The notes under the pieces: model-generated
What the model was told of the DNA's origin: nothing
The model's database searches: none
The model's input: only the letters and a program-made list of their open reading frames with translations
Program-made: the position numbers and the translations under genes
In this document: positions 1 through 9,194 of the stretch, in pieces
How the letters are laid out: each line of letters begins with the position of its first letter
Position numbering within the stretch: position 1 is the first letter of the stretch
Assembly (NCBI GenBank): GCA_025363655.1
Contig: JANYDK010000081.1
Span: 29,132-93,131 of the forward strand
Reading direction: 5' to 3'
Origin: Deltaproteobacteria bacterium
GTDB taxonomy: Bacteria > Myxococcota_A > Polyangia > Polyangiales > JADJMO01
DNA: 64,000 nucleotides

Positions 1-1
1 C

Positions 2-808
2 TTCCGCACGATCGTCGTCACGCGACGAACGGCGACCGAAGGCGATGGAGGCGGCGACGTCGTCACCGTCACGCTCAATCGACCGGAGAAGCGCAACGCC
101 ATCGGCCCGGAGATGACCAACGAGATTCGTTGGGCGCTCACCGAGGCCGCGAACGACGCGCGGGTGCGGGTGGTCGTCCTCACCGGCGCCGGCAAATCGT
201 TTTGCGCCGGCGGTGACTTCGCGCAGATGACGTCCGGCGCCGACGAGGGTGGCTTGCCTCCGCATCCCGACGGCGGCGGCGACTACGCGGCGCTCCTGCA
301 GGCGATGATGGCCTCCGGCAAGCCAATCGTTGCCAAAGTCAACGGTCACGCGATGGGCGGCGGGCTCGGTCTCGTGGCTGCGTCGACCTTCGCCATCACC
401 GCCACCACCGCCCAGCTCGGCACGCCCGAGGTCGAGGTCGGTCTCTTCCCGATGATGATCATGGCGGTGCTCGCGCGATATGTTCCGCGCCGGCGCCTCG
501 TGCAGATGATGCTCCTCGGCGAGCGTCTCGAATCTCACGAAGCGGCCGAGCTCGGGCTCGTCAACTCGGCGACGCCGCCGGAGGAGCTCGACGCCGCCGT
601 CGACGCGCTCTGCGACAAGCTGAGGACGAAGGCGCCGCTGGCGCTCAAGCACGGGCTCGAGGCACTGGCCGCGCAAGACACGCTGGCGCTTTCCGAGGCG
701 CTGCCGATCTTGCGCGATCGACTCTTCGCGCTCCTCGGCACCGAAGACGCGCGCGAGGGGCTGATGGCCTTCATGCAGAAGCGTCCGCCCGTCTGGCAGG
801 GCAAATGA
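2..808 (+). CDS. enoyl-CoA hydratase/isomerase (crotonase family), 5' end runs off the window
   Basis: The frame stays open upstream of the track ATG at 113 (VVTVTLNRPEKRNAIGPEM...). Crotonase segments LTGAGKSFCAGGDF and GHAMGGGLGL are present. Composition is normal. Confidence 0.85.
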   Translation, partial: FRTIVVTRRTATEGDGGGDVVTVTLNRPEKRNAIGPEMTNEIRWALTEAANDARVRVVVLTGAGKSFCAGGDFAQMTSGADEGGLPPHPDGGGDYAALLQAMMASGKPIVAKVNGHAMGGGLGLVAASTFAITATTAQLGTPEVEVGLFPMMIMAVLARYVPRRRLVQMMLLGERLESHEAAELGLVNSATPPEELDAAVDALCDKLRTKAPLALKHGLEALAAQDTLALSEALPILRDRLFALLGTEDAREGLMAFMQKRPPVWQGK

Positions 809-2154
809 GCCCCGTCGCCGCCCGTCCGCCCGGTCCTCCGCCGCGCCGGACTCTGCGCGACAAAATCCCTTATTATTGGGGCTTCGCCACCGATCCGCTC
901 GGCTTCGTCGGCGATCGCTTCGAGCGCTACGGCGATCTCTACTACAGCGAAACTCCCGACGGCGGGCTCTACGTCACGCGCAGCCCGGAGCACGTGCGCG
1001 AGATCCTCGTCACGCGCTCGAGCTCGTTCAGCAAGCAGCACTCGGCCTTCAAGCAGCTCTCGCAGTTCCTCGGCGCAGGCCTCCTCACGAGCGACGGCGA
1101 GACGTGGTCGCGCCAGAGACGCATGGTCGCACCGGCCTTCTCGCCGACGCGTCTCGCGGGCTACGCCGAGGTCATGACCGCGGAGACGGCTCGCACCGCC
1201 GATGGCCTCCGCGCAGGCGAAATCGTCGACCTCGGCAACGTGATGATGGGCCTCACCCTCCGCGTCGTCAGCAGCGCGCTCTTCGGTCACGACGCCGGCG
1301 ACGACGTCGAGACCGTCGCGCGCTCGATGAACGTGTTCCAACGATGGAGCGCGAGCGCGTCGCTGATCCCGGCGCCGATTCGTCGCAACATCCTCGGCAA
1401 GGCGACGAGCGATCTCGACGCGATCATGAACAAGATGATCGCGCGGCGAAGCGCTCAGCCGGCGGCGTCGGGCACGCAAGATCTGCTCGGGCTCCTCCTC
1501 GCCGCCCGTGACGTCGAAGGCGATGGGCAAGGTCTGACGGCGCGCGAGGTCCGCGATCAGCTCGTCACCCTCTTCCTCGCCGGTCACGAGACCACGTCCC
1601 ACGCGCTGACCTGGACCTTGATCCTCCTCGCACAGCACCCCGAAATCGAGGTCGCGCTCTACGACGAGGTGCGCCGCGCGCTCGGTGGACGACGCGAGGC
1701 CACCTACGACGATCTCCCGAACATGCCGCTCACCGAGCGCGTGGTGAAGGAGTCGATGCGACTCTATCCGCCCGTCTACAGCGTCGCCCGTCGCGCCGAG
1801 GAGGACACCGAGATCGGCGGTCACCACGTCCCGCGCGGCTCCGAGGTGATGGTCTGGATCTATTTCCTCCAGCGCGATCCACGCTCGTTTTCTCGGCCTG
1901 ACGAGTTTCGACCCGGGCGGTTCGTGCCCGAGGAAGAGGCGAAGATCCCGCGCTTCGCGTACCTGCCGTTCGGCGCCGGACCGCGCGCGTGCATCGGTCG
2001 TACGTTCGCGATGGTCGAGGCGCGCCTCCTCCTCGCGACGCTCCTCGCGCGCTTCCGCTTCGATCTCGCCGGCCGCGAAGACGTCGAGGCGCAGCCGAAG
2101 ATCACCTTGGTGCCGAAGACGCGCGTGAAGATGCGCCTTCGTGCACGTGCATAG
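805..2154 (+). CDS. cytochrome P450
   Basis: Heme-thiolate loop FGAGPRACIG, I-helix AGHETT, and ExxR (ESMR). ATGA start/stop overlap with the upstream crotonase gene. Confidence 0.9.
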   Translation: MSPVAARPPGPPPRRTLRDKIPYYWGFATDPLGFVGDRFERYGDLYYSETPDGGLYVTRSPEHVREILVTRSSSFSKQHSAFKQLSQFLGAGLLTSDGETWSRQRRMVAPAFSPTRLAGYAEVMTAETARTADGLRAGEIVDLGNVMMGLTLRVVSSALFGHDAGDDVETVARSMNVFQRWSASASLIPAPIRRNILGKATSDLDAIMNKMIARRSAQPAASGTQDLLGLLLAARDVEGDGQGLTAREVRDQLVTLFLAGHETTSHALTWTLILLAQHPEIEVALYDEVRRALGGRREATYDDLPNMPLTERVVKESMRLYPPVYSVARRAEEDTEIGGHHVPRGSEVMVWIYFLQRDPRSFSRPDEFRPGRFVPEEEAKIPRFAYLPFGAGPRACIGRTFAMVEARLLLATLLARFRFDLAGREDVEAQPKITLVPKTRVKMRLRARA

Positions 2155-2166
2155 CTTTGTCGTGTT

Positions 2167-2919
2167 TTACGCTTCGAGACGGGGCGTCCAAGGCTGATCG
2201 AGCGCCACGCGAAAGCGCGCACGAGCGGCGGCGAACGCTCGCGGCCCTTCGTGGAGACGAAATGGACCGACGCGCGGCAAGGCGGGCAACGCGAGGGTGG
2301 TGAGCACTTGCGTGCTCTCGACGTCGGGCACGGGAACGGCGAAGCGCCACGGCGAGCGCGAGACGAGGTGGTGGTAGAGCACCCTCCCCTCTTTCGGTAG
2401 CCCGGCGACGCCTGGCCTGTCGGCGACGCCGCCGTCGACATAGAGGCGCCCGTCGATGGCGACCGGATGGAAGAGGAACGGCACGGCGCAGGAGGCGTGG
2501 ATCGCCGGCGAAAGAAGCCCACGATCGAGGACCCGCGTGCGGCGCGAACGAAGCTCGTAGACCGAGAGCGCGAGCTTCGCGCGTGTGCTCGCGAAGTCGC
2601 GTCCACCGACCAGCTCGTCGAGCAGCTGACGAAAGAGCGTGCCGCGAAGGAGCCCGAGGCCCGGCCTGGGATCCCAGAAGTCTTCGCGGCGAAGGACGCG
2701 CAGCTCGGCCTCTTGGCGAACCGCATCGACACCGCCAGCCCAGAGCCCGCTCACGAGCGCGCCGGCGCTCGAACCGGCGAGGTGCGTCGGGAGGAGACCC
2801 TCGTCCTCGAGCACAGTCATCAGGCCGGCATGGGCGAAAAAGCCGAAAAAACCCGAAGAGAGCGCGAGCATGAAGGGTTCTTCCGCGAGCCACTCACGCA
2901 GGGTCATCGTCGCCGACAT
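2167..2919 (-). CDS. patatin-like phospholipase
   Basis: GxSxG nucleophile elbow (GSSAG), catalytic DGG (YVDGGV), and a glycine-rich N-terminal loop. Length is typical for the family. Confidence 0.85.
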   Translation of the reverse strand: MSATMTLREWLAEEPFMLALSSGFFGFFAHAGLMTVLEDEGLLPTHLAGSSAGALVSGLWAGGVDAVRQEAELRVLRREDFWDPRPGLGLLRGTLFRQLLDELVGGRDFASTRAKLALSVYELRSRRTRVLDRGLLSPAIHASCAVPFLFHPVAIDGRLYVDGGVADRPGVAGLPKEGRVLYHHLVSRSPWRFAVPVPDVESTQVLTTLALPALPRVGPFRLHEGPRAFAAARARFRVALDQPWTPRLEA

Positions 2920-2988
2920 GTGCGCGCTATCTCAGCGCCACGCGCTCGCCGCAACCTCTCGAGCAAACCATCGGCTACCCTCTCCTCC

Positions 2989-3936
2989 ATGTCCACGCAG
3001 CAAAAGAAGCGCGTCGGTCTCCTCGTCGGCCGCGAGCGGAGCTTCCCCGACGCCCTCATCGCCGAGATCGGGAAGCGAGACGCCGGCGTCATCGGCGAGT
3101 ACGCGCGCCTCGATCTCACGCGTGTCGATCGTCCGCCGGCGTACGAGGTGCTCGTCGATCGCATCAGCCACGACATCACCTGCTATCAGCCGGTGTTGAA
3201 GCTGGCGGCGCTCGCGGGGACGCACGTCGTCAACAATCCCTTCTGGCGCATCGCCGACGACAAGGCGGTCGGCACTGCGCTCGCTGCGCGCCTCGGCGTC
3301 CCGGTTCCCCGTACGTACGTGCTCCCCTCGAAGGACTACCCCGAAGACGTCACCACCGAGAGCCTCGGGAACCTCCGCTATCCGCTTTCGTGGGAGGCGA
3401 TGATCGACGATTTGCACCTGCCCATCTTCCTCAAGCCGCATTGGGGTGGCGGCTTTCGTGACGTCTATCGCGTGACGTCGCTCGCCGAGCTGCACGCAAT
3501 CTTCGACAAAACAGGCCGCAAAACGATGATCGCGCAAGAGGCGATCGAGTGGACGCACTACGTTCGCTGCATCGTCGTCGGGCTCACCGAGGTGCTCGCG
3601 CTGCCGTGGGATCCGCGGCTCTCGCATTTCGAGCGCTACCGCGGCGCCGCGCAGTCGATGCCGCCGCTCTCGGCCGAGGCGACCGCGCTCTGCGAACGGC
3701 ACGCGCGCACGCTCTGCCAAGCGCTCGGCTACACGATGAACACCGTCGAATTCGCCTTTCGCGATGGCATCCCCTACGCGATCGATTTCATGAACAGCGC
3801 GCCCGACCTCGACGTCAGCTCGCTCGGCGAGACGAGCTTCCGTTGGGCAGTGAGCAAGATGGCCGACCTCTGCGTGCGCCTCGCCCACGAGAAGCCCGAA
3901 CCGACGTATCGATGGGATCAGCTGCTGGCGAAGTAG
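2989..3936 (+). CDS. ATP-grasp domain protein (RimK/glutathione-synthetase-like ligase)
   Basis: The track ORF 2467-3936 was trimmed to ATG 2989 (MSTQQKKRVGLLVG...), because the upstream part is antisense to the patatin gene. ATP-grasp-like layout (LGVPVPRTYVL ... IFLKPHWGGGFRDVYRV ... MIAQEAIE). Confidence 0.75.
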   Translation: MSTQQKKRVGLLVGRERSFPDALIAEIGKRDAGVIGEYARLDLTRVDRPPAYEVLVDRISHDITCYQPVLKLAALAGTHVVNNPFWRIADDKAVGTALAARLGVPVPRTYVLPSKDYPEDVTTESLGNLRYPLSWEAMIDDLHLPIFLKPHWGGGFRDVYRVTSLAELHAIFDKTGRKTMIAQEAIEWTHYVRCIVVGLTEVLALPWDPRLSHFERYRGAAQSMPPLSAEATALCERHARTLCQALGYTMNTVEFAFRDGIPYAIDFMNSAPDLDVSSLGETSFRWAVSKMADLCVRLAHEKPEPTYRWDQLLAK

Positions 3937-3942
3937 AAGTCG

Positions 3943-5523
3943 CTACCACTCGCCGCCGAGAGGATCGTCCGAGCTCCAGACCTTGAGCGCCTCCTTGAAG
4001 AGCGGGTGGGCTTCGAGGAGCGACACCGTGGCGGTGCGACGCGCCGCGAGGACGAGGACGCCGCCCGCGGGGACCATGATTTCTCGGGGCGACGGCTTCT
4101 CGTCGAGGAGCTCGCGTGGGCACATCACTTCACCCGCGCGAATGCGTCCTGTCTCGGGCTGACCTTCGGCGGCGTGCTGCGTGAGCGAACCGCAGGCGAC
4201 GATGACGAGCGCACGAACGTCTTCGCCCGCGCGGACGATGACCGTGCCCTCGGGGAGACGCCGCACTTCGCAGCGCTTGCGCAGATCGACGAGCATCCCA
4301 TCGGCGAGGTTGCACACCGGCTTCTCGCGGAGCGCGCCGGCAAAAGCGTGGATGCCGTCACGTTGGGCTTCGAGGACCGCGACCACGTCACCGCCGAGCT
4401 TGAGCGCGCGAGGATCGGCGTCGAGGGCGAGGAGGCGCGTCTCCTCGGCGAGCGCGAAGACGACGAGCGGTTCTTGTGCGGGCGGCGACGGCGCGAGCAG
4501 ACGCAGATCTTTGGCATCGACGCGCTCGACGGAGACTTTGCGACCGGGCGACTGGACGTCGATGACCCCACGGACGACGACGAGCATCGCCGGCGCGGGA
4601 ATCGATTTGCCCTTCTCGAGGACGATGAGCCGAGCCTTCTGCAGCAGCGCTTTTCGACCTTCCTCGTCGAGGCGCTCGAGCGTGGCGATGCCCTCGAGAT
4701 CGGCGAGCGTCGGCGCGTCGTCGAGGGGACGCGTCGGCGTATCGATCGCGGGCGAAGGCGCCGGCGTCTGGTCGTCGTTCGACCGCATCTGGGGAGCGTC
4801 GGGGGTCGTCGTCGGTCGAGCCGGATCGTCTTCCCCTTGCGGCGTCGGCAAATGCTGGAGCGCTGGATTCACCACCTGCGCGACCGCTTGCGTCTTCGAC
4901 GTCGGGGAATCGGCGACGCCGTTCGGCTTTTCTTCGGCGATTGCAGGCGCAGGCGCAGCAGCGACCACTGGCGCTTTCGGCGGCGTCGAGCGACGTGCCT
5001 TCGATGGCGGCGGATCCTTTTTCGGCGGCCTGTTGCTCGGACGCTTCGGCGGCGCTGGCGCTGGCGCAGCAGAGATGGGTGCCGGGTCGTCGTCGAGGTT
5101 GACGTCGATCGGAATGTCGTTGAGGTTCTCGTTGCTCGCCAACGCCGGGCTCGTCACTGCAGGACGATTGGGCAGCGGCGGCGGCATCTTCGTCGCCAGC
5201 TTCGGCGGCGGCGGACGTCCCGTCATCCCGATGGTCTTGGCGATGTCGGCGACCGCCTTCGCGAGCTCGGAGACGCGACGGCCCGCCTGCAGACGATACG
5301 CGTTGGAGGCCGCACGGCGCAGCGCAGAGAGCGCCTCGGTCTTGTCGCCACTCGCCCACGAGACGGCGGCGGCCTTCAGCTCCACCGCAATCTCGTCGGA
5401 GTCCTCCGGCCTTACGGGCGGGATCGGCGTCGTCGCTTCGGTCATGGAACGCAGCTCCTCTTGCTCACTCTGCAGAACCCGAGCCCACTCGGGATCACGA
5501 GAAGGCATCGTCATCGAGGGCAT
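3943..5523 (-). CDS. hypothetical protein, Pro/Ala-rich linker plus two cyclic-nucleotide-binding-like domains
   Basis: Only this frame has normal composition. A roughly 230-aa Pro-rich linker is followed by two beta-barrel-like segments resembling cNMP/Crp domains (LEKGKSIPAPAMLVVVRGVIDV; RLPEGTVIVRAGEDVRALVIVACGSL). Alternative ATGs lie at 5514 and 5508. Confidence 0.6.
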   Translation of the reverse strand: MPSMTMPSRDPEWARVLQSEQEELRSMTEATTPIPPVRPEDSDEIAVELKAAAVSWASGDKTEALSALRRAASNAYRLQAGRRVSELAKAVADIAKTIGMTGRPPPPKLATKMPPPLPNRPAVTSPALASNENLNDIPIDVNLDDDPAPISAAPAPAPPKRPSNRPPKKDPPPSKARRSTPPKAPVVAAAPAPAIAEEKPNGVADSPTSKTQAVAQVVNPALQHLPTPQGEDDPARPTTTPDAPQMRSNDDQTPAPSPAIDTPTRPLDDAPTLADLEGIATLERLDEEGRKALLQKARLIVLEKGKSIPAPAMLVVVRGVIDVQSPGRKVSVERVDAKDLRLLAPSPPAQEPLVVFALAEETRLLALDADPRALKLGGDVVAVLEAQRDGIHAFAGALREKPVCNLADGMLVDLRKRCEVRRLPEGTVIVRAGEDVRALVIVACGSLTQHAAEGQPETGRIRAGEVMCPRELLDEKPSPREIMVPAGGVLVLAARRTATVSLLEAHPLFKEALKVWSSDDPLGGEW

Positions 5524-6673
5524 CGTCTCGTCCGCCGTTGCCCTTCGAGGGCGGCGCGAGAGACTCCATGAGCGACGGCTTACGCACCTTGCCCCCCTCG
5601 TCCTTCCCTTCGGCTTTCGCTTCCGCCTTTGCTTCTTCTGCCTTCGGCTCGGCCTTCTCTTCCGGCTTCAGCTCGGACTTCGCTTCGGCCTTCGCTTCCG
5701 GCTTCGGCTCGGACTTCGCTTCGGCCTTCGCTTCCGGCTTCGGCTCGGGCTTCGCTTCGACCTTCGCTTCCGGCTTCGTTTCGATCTTCGGCTCGCTCGA
5801 CTTGTTGCCTCCGTCGGACGACGGCGGCGTGGCGGGCTGCGGCTTGGCGGCCACGAGACCGGTCACCTCGGCGGCGCGATCGACGATTTTGCGGAGGTGC
5901 GCGAGCGAGACGTGGGTGACGAGATCGTCGACCAAGTCGCGCGTGCCCTTCTCGTCACGCAAGCACTCGAACTGATCTTTGTCCTTGAAGGCGCGCCCCT
6001 CGGCGGCTGCCTGGCGACAGGCCTTGCGCATCACCGTACGCACGGCGAGCGGCAAATCACGCTCGATTCGCTCGTCGCCGATGATGTCGAGGATTTCGGT
6101 GTCGGAGAGGATCGCGTGACGACGGACGCTCTTGATCTCGGCGGCCATCAGGCGCCGCGTGCCGTCGTTGGCCTTCTCCCACCAGTTGCCTTCACGCTCG
6201 TAGGCGAAGAGATCGAGCGAAGGGAGGTAGACCACCAGGTCGATCGGATCGAGGTACTTGAGGTAGAGCTCGACGACGGGCTTGCCGCGATCGGCCTCGG
6301 CACGGACGGCGCGCTCTTCCTCGGGGAGATCGTTCTCCACCAAGAGCTCGATCTGCGCCGCGACCTCGTCGTGCTTGGTGCGACGCGCGAGCGAGAGCGG
6401 ACCGCCGGTGAGCGCGTGGATGACGCGGGCGCGCAGATCGGCACGGGACTCGAGGGCGCTCATCGTGATGCGCGCGGGGAAGGCACGGTAGAAGCCCATC
6501 GCCGTGCGAATCGACTCCGGCGCCGCGTGCAGCGCGATGAAGACGTCAGCGAGGAAGCGGAGCCCGGGTGCCCCGTCGTGGTGCGCGCGCGCCTCCTTCT
6601 GGAAGTCGGCGTCGCTGCGAGCTCCCTTCGAGTGGCGAACGACGCCCGGAACGAGGAGCGGGTGATCGGCCAT
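5495..6673 (-). CDS. hypothetical protein with C-terminal Lys/Glu/Pro/Ala repeat tail
   Basis: The track ORF 5495-7150 was trimmed to ATG 6673 (MADHPLLVPG...). The globular N-part has no family I recognise. The tail is (EPKPEAKAEAKS)n. A 29-nt overlap with the downstream gene suggests one operon. Confidence 0.6.
   Translation of the reverse strand: MADHPLLVPGVVRHSKGARSDADFQKEARAHHDGAPGLRFLADVFIALHAAPESIRTAMGFYRAFPARITMSALESRADLRARVIHALTGGPLSLARRTKHDEVAAQIELLVENDLPEEERAVRAEADRGKPVVELYLKYLDPIDLVVYLPSLDLFAYEREGNWWEKANDGTRRLMAAEIKSVRRHAILSDTEILDIIGDERIERDLPLAVRTVMRKACRQAAAEGRAFKDKDQFECLRDEKGTRDLVDDLVTHVSLAHLRKIVDRAAEVTGLVAAKPQPATPPSSDGGNKSSEPKIETKPEAKVEAKPEPKPEAKAEAKSEPKPEAKAEAKSELKPEEKAEPKAEEAKAEAKAEGKDEGGKVRKPSLMESLAPPSKGNGGRDDALDDDAFS
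5675..5782. repeat. 36-bp in-frame tandem repeat (two identical units plus one diverged)
   Basis: GGACTTCGCTTCGGCCTTCGCTTCCGGCTTCGGCTC occurs at 5675-5710 and identically at 5711-5746. The third unit, 5747-5782, has 4 mismatches. It encodes the EPKPEAKAEAKS tail on the minus strand. Confidence 0.9.
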
Positions 6674-6785
6674 CGAGCGATGATACGCAAATCGAAAAAC
6701 GTTCGACGCTCTCGTGAGCGAACTTCGGCAATGAGTCGTCCGTTCAGGTAGGCGCGGTCTGGCTTCGCGCTCTCGGTGAGCCATA

Positions 6786-7598
6786 ATGTGGTTCATGAAT
6801 TGCTTATGGCTCGTTGGATTGACTATTTTTCTCGGCGCTTCTGCGGGATGCGGCGGAAAAACAGGAGACGGGCCGACGCCGGGCGACGGCGGCGCGGACT
6901 CGACTGCCGACGTCGGTTTCGACGCGAAGGTCGATTCGCCTTTCGATGCACCGGCCGACGCGGCCACGTGCGACGCCGCCGTCGCGAAGATCGCTTCAGC
7001 GGTCACCGGCCCCTTTTGCACGACGATGGTCTCGCTCTCGGTCGCCGATCGCAGCATCCTCGGCTGGTCGATCACCTGCGGCCCGCACGTCCCGACGACC
7101 GAAGCCGACGCGCGCACGACGTTCGACACCCGGATTCCTCCGTACACCAAGGCCGCCGACTACGTGCTGGAGGGGCCGACCGGCGGGACGTACGACTACG
7201 TGTTCTTCCACAGCCCCGGTGACTTCGGCGGCGTCGGCGTGGTCTCGTTCGCGACGGGAACTCTCGTGTTTTCCGGCTCGCTCTCGTGGTCTTCGCTCGG
7301 CGCGCGCATCTACCCGAAGACGTTGCGGGGCGCCGACGAGCTGCCGCTGGTATGCCCGCGGATGGAGCTCCCCGAAATCATCGCGACGACCGGCGGTGGA
7401 GCGGCCCCCGATCCAGGTGTGCGTGCGCCCATCGCCGACGTCATCGGCCGCTCACCGATCCCGGCGATGCTCGGTCGTAGCCACGCGATCGTCCACGCCA
7501 TGCTCGTCTCCTACCCGTCCGACGGCACCGAGAGCGGGCCAGGCGGGACGTCGAAGAGTGAGTGGCTGGTGCTCCTCGACTCGGCGCTTCTCGACTGA
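6786..7598 (+). CDS. putative lipoprotein
   Basis: Signal peptide with lipobox (MWFMNCLWLVGLTIFLGASAG|C), followed by an Asp/Gly-rich spacer and a globular domain of unknown family. Confidence 0.7.
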   Translation: MWFMNCLWLVGLTIFLGASAGCGGKTGDGPTPGDGGADSTADVGFDAKVDSPFDAPADAATCDAAVAKIASAVTGPFCTTMVSLSVADRSILGWSITCGPHVPTTEADARTTFDTRIPPYTKAADYVLEGPTGGTYDYVFFHSPGDFGGVGVVSFATGTLVFSGSLSWSSLGARIYPKTLRGADELPLVCPRMELPEIIATTGGGAAPDPGVRAPIADVIGRSPIPAMLGRSHAIVHAMLVSYPSDGTESGPGGTSKSEWLVLLDSALLD

Positions 7599-7620
7599 GG
7601 GTTTGCGATACGCTCGGCCG

Positions 7621-9177
7621 ATGTTCGAATCCGCGGAGCTCGGGCACTCGATCGACAAGGCCACCTTCGACGCCGAGCTGCCGAAGCTTCGACGCGCCCT
7701 CCTCGAAGCGCAGTATCAAGTGCTGAAGGCCGCCAAATTCCCGGTGGTCCTCGTCATCGGCGGCGTCGACGGTGCGGGCAAGGGCGAGACGGTCAACCTC
7801 TTCAACGAGTGGATGGACGCGCGTCACATCCAAGCGCACGCGCTGTCCCGACCTTCCGACGAAGAGAGCGAGCGTCCGCGCATGTGGCGCTTCTGGCGCG
7901 AGCTGCCGCCGAAGGGGAAAATCGGCATCTTCTTCGGCTCTTGGTACACCGAGCCGATCGTCGATCGCGCCTTCGGTCGCACCGACGACGCGACGTTCGA
8001 TCGTCGCCTCGACGAGATCGTCAGCTTCGAGAAGATGCTCACCGACGAGGGCGTCTTGCTCCTCAAGTTCTGGTTCCACCTCTCGAAGAAGCGTCAGAAG
8101 GCGCGCCTCACCGAGCTGGCCGCGCACAAGAGCACGCGCTGGCGCGTCACCGACTCCGACTGGGATCACTTCGAGCGCTACGACAAATTCCGACGCGTCT
8201 CCGAGCACGCGCTCCGTGAGACGAGCCGCAACGACGCGACTTGGCTGGTGATCGAGGGCACCGACGCGCGCTTCCGCTCGATGACCGCCGGAAAAGCGCT
8301 GCTCGGTGCGATGAGCGAGCGCCTCTCGCAGATCGAGGCGAAGGCGACGGTGCCGCCGCCGGAGACGGAGAAGGCGGCGAAGACGAAGGCGAAGCGAGTG
8401 CGTTCACGCGACGTCCTCCCGACGATCGCCAGCGGCGTCACCTTCACGGCGGGGAGCGAGGACGGCAAGCGCATCGTCGACGCCATCGACCTCGGCCAGA
8501 AGCTCGACAAGCAAGAGTACGAAGACGCGATGGACAAGTACTCCCGTCGCCTCAACCTGCTCTCACGGCACAAGAGCTTCGGGAAGATCTCGGTCGTCGC
8601 CGCATTCGAAGGCTCCGACGCGGCAGGAAAAGGCGGGAGCATCCGCCGCGTGATCTGGTCGCTCGATGCCCGTCAGTATCGTATCCACCAAGTCGCGGCA
8701 CCGACGGAAGAGGAGCGCGCGCAGCCGTATCTCTGGCGCTTCTGGCGCAACATCCCGCGCCGAGGTCGCTTCGCCGTCTTCGATCGCACCTGGTACGGAC
8801 GTGTCCTCGTCGAGCGGGTCGAGGGCTTCGCGGCGCACGCCGCCTGGTCGCGCGCCTACGCCGAGATCAACGACTTCGAAGAGCAGCTCGCCCGGAGCAA
8901 CGTGGTATTGGCCAAATTCTGGCTGCAAATCAGCAAATCCGAGCAACTCCGCCGCTTCAAAGAGCGCGAGAAGGTCGGCTTCAAGAAGTACAAGATCACC
9001 CCCGAGGACTGGCGCAACCGCGAGAAGTGGGACGACTACGAGCTGGCGGTCTGCGACATGATCGATCGCACGAGCACCGAGATCGCCCCCTGGACGTTGG
9101 TCGCGGCGGAAGACAAATATTTCGCGCGCGTGCAAATCCTCAAGACGCTGGTCGATCGGATCGAAGAGAAGCTCTGA
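7621..9177 (+). CDS. ppk2: two-domain polyphosphate kinase 2 family protein (polyphosphate:nucleotide phosphotransferase)
   Basis: Two tandem PPK2 domains, each with a P-loop (GVDGAGKGE; GSDAAGKGG) and a WRFW motif (MWRFWRELP; YLWRFWRNIP). ATG 7621 was chosen because the upstream part of track ORF 6946-9177 overlaps the lipoprotein gene. Confidence 0.9.
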   Translation: MFESAELGHSIDKATFDAELPKLRRALLEAQYQVLKAAKFPVVLVIGGVDGAGKGETVNLFNEWMDARHIQAHALSRPSDEESERPRMWRFWRELPPKGKIGIFFGSWYTEPIVDRAFGRTDDATFDRRLDEIVSFEKMLTDEGVLLLKFWFHLSKKRQKARLTELAAHKSTRWRVTDSDWDHFERYDKFRRVSEHALRETSRNDATWLVIEGTDARFRSMTAGKALLGAMSERLSQIEAKATVPPPETEKAAKTKAKRVRSRDVLPTIASGVTFTAGSEDGKRIVDAIDLGQKLDKQEYEDAMDKYSRRLNLLSRHKSFGKISVVAAFEGSDAAGKGGSIRRVIWSLDARQYRIHQVAAPTEEERAQPYLWRFWRNIPRRGRFAVFDRTWYGRVLVERVEGFAAHAAWSRAYAEINDFEEQLARSNVVLAKFWLQISKSEQLRRFKEREKVGFKKYKITPEDWRNREKWDDYELAVCDMIDRTSTEIAPWTLVAAEDKYFARVQILKTLVDRIEEKL

Positions 9178-9194
9178 CGGCTCACCCGCACCGG

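Noticed and set aside
4181-6751. An 856-aa plus-strand ORF. Similar long shadow ORFs occur at 535-1827(-), 19739-21451(+), 24222-26642(+), 26099-27631(-), 29700-31169(-), 41508-43541(+) and 55871-57649(-).
   Set aside because: They have Arg/Ala/Gly/Pro-dominated composition and no motifs. Each is fully overlapped by an opposite-strand or other-frame gene with clear family signatures. These are typical GC-rich shadow ORFs.
7621-7640. tRNA-like T-loop strings (GTTCGAATCC at 7623; TTTCGAATCC at 9363).
   Set aside because: Neither has a flanking 5-bp T-stem, an acceptor stem or an anticodon arm. Both lie inside well-supported CDS (ppk2 start, fdhD).
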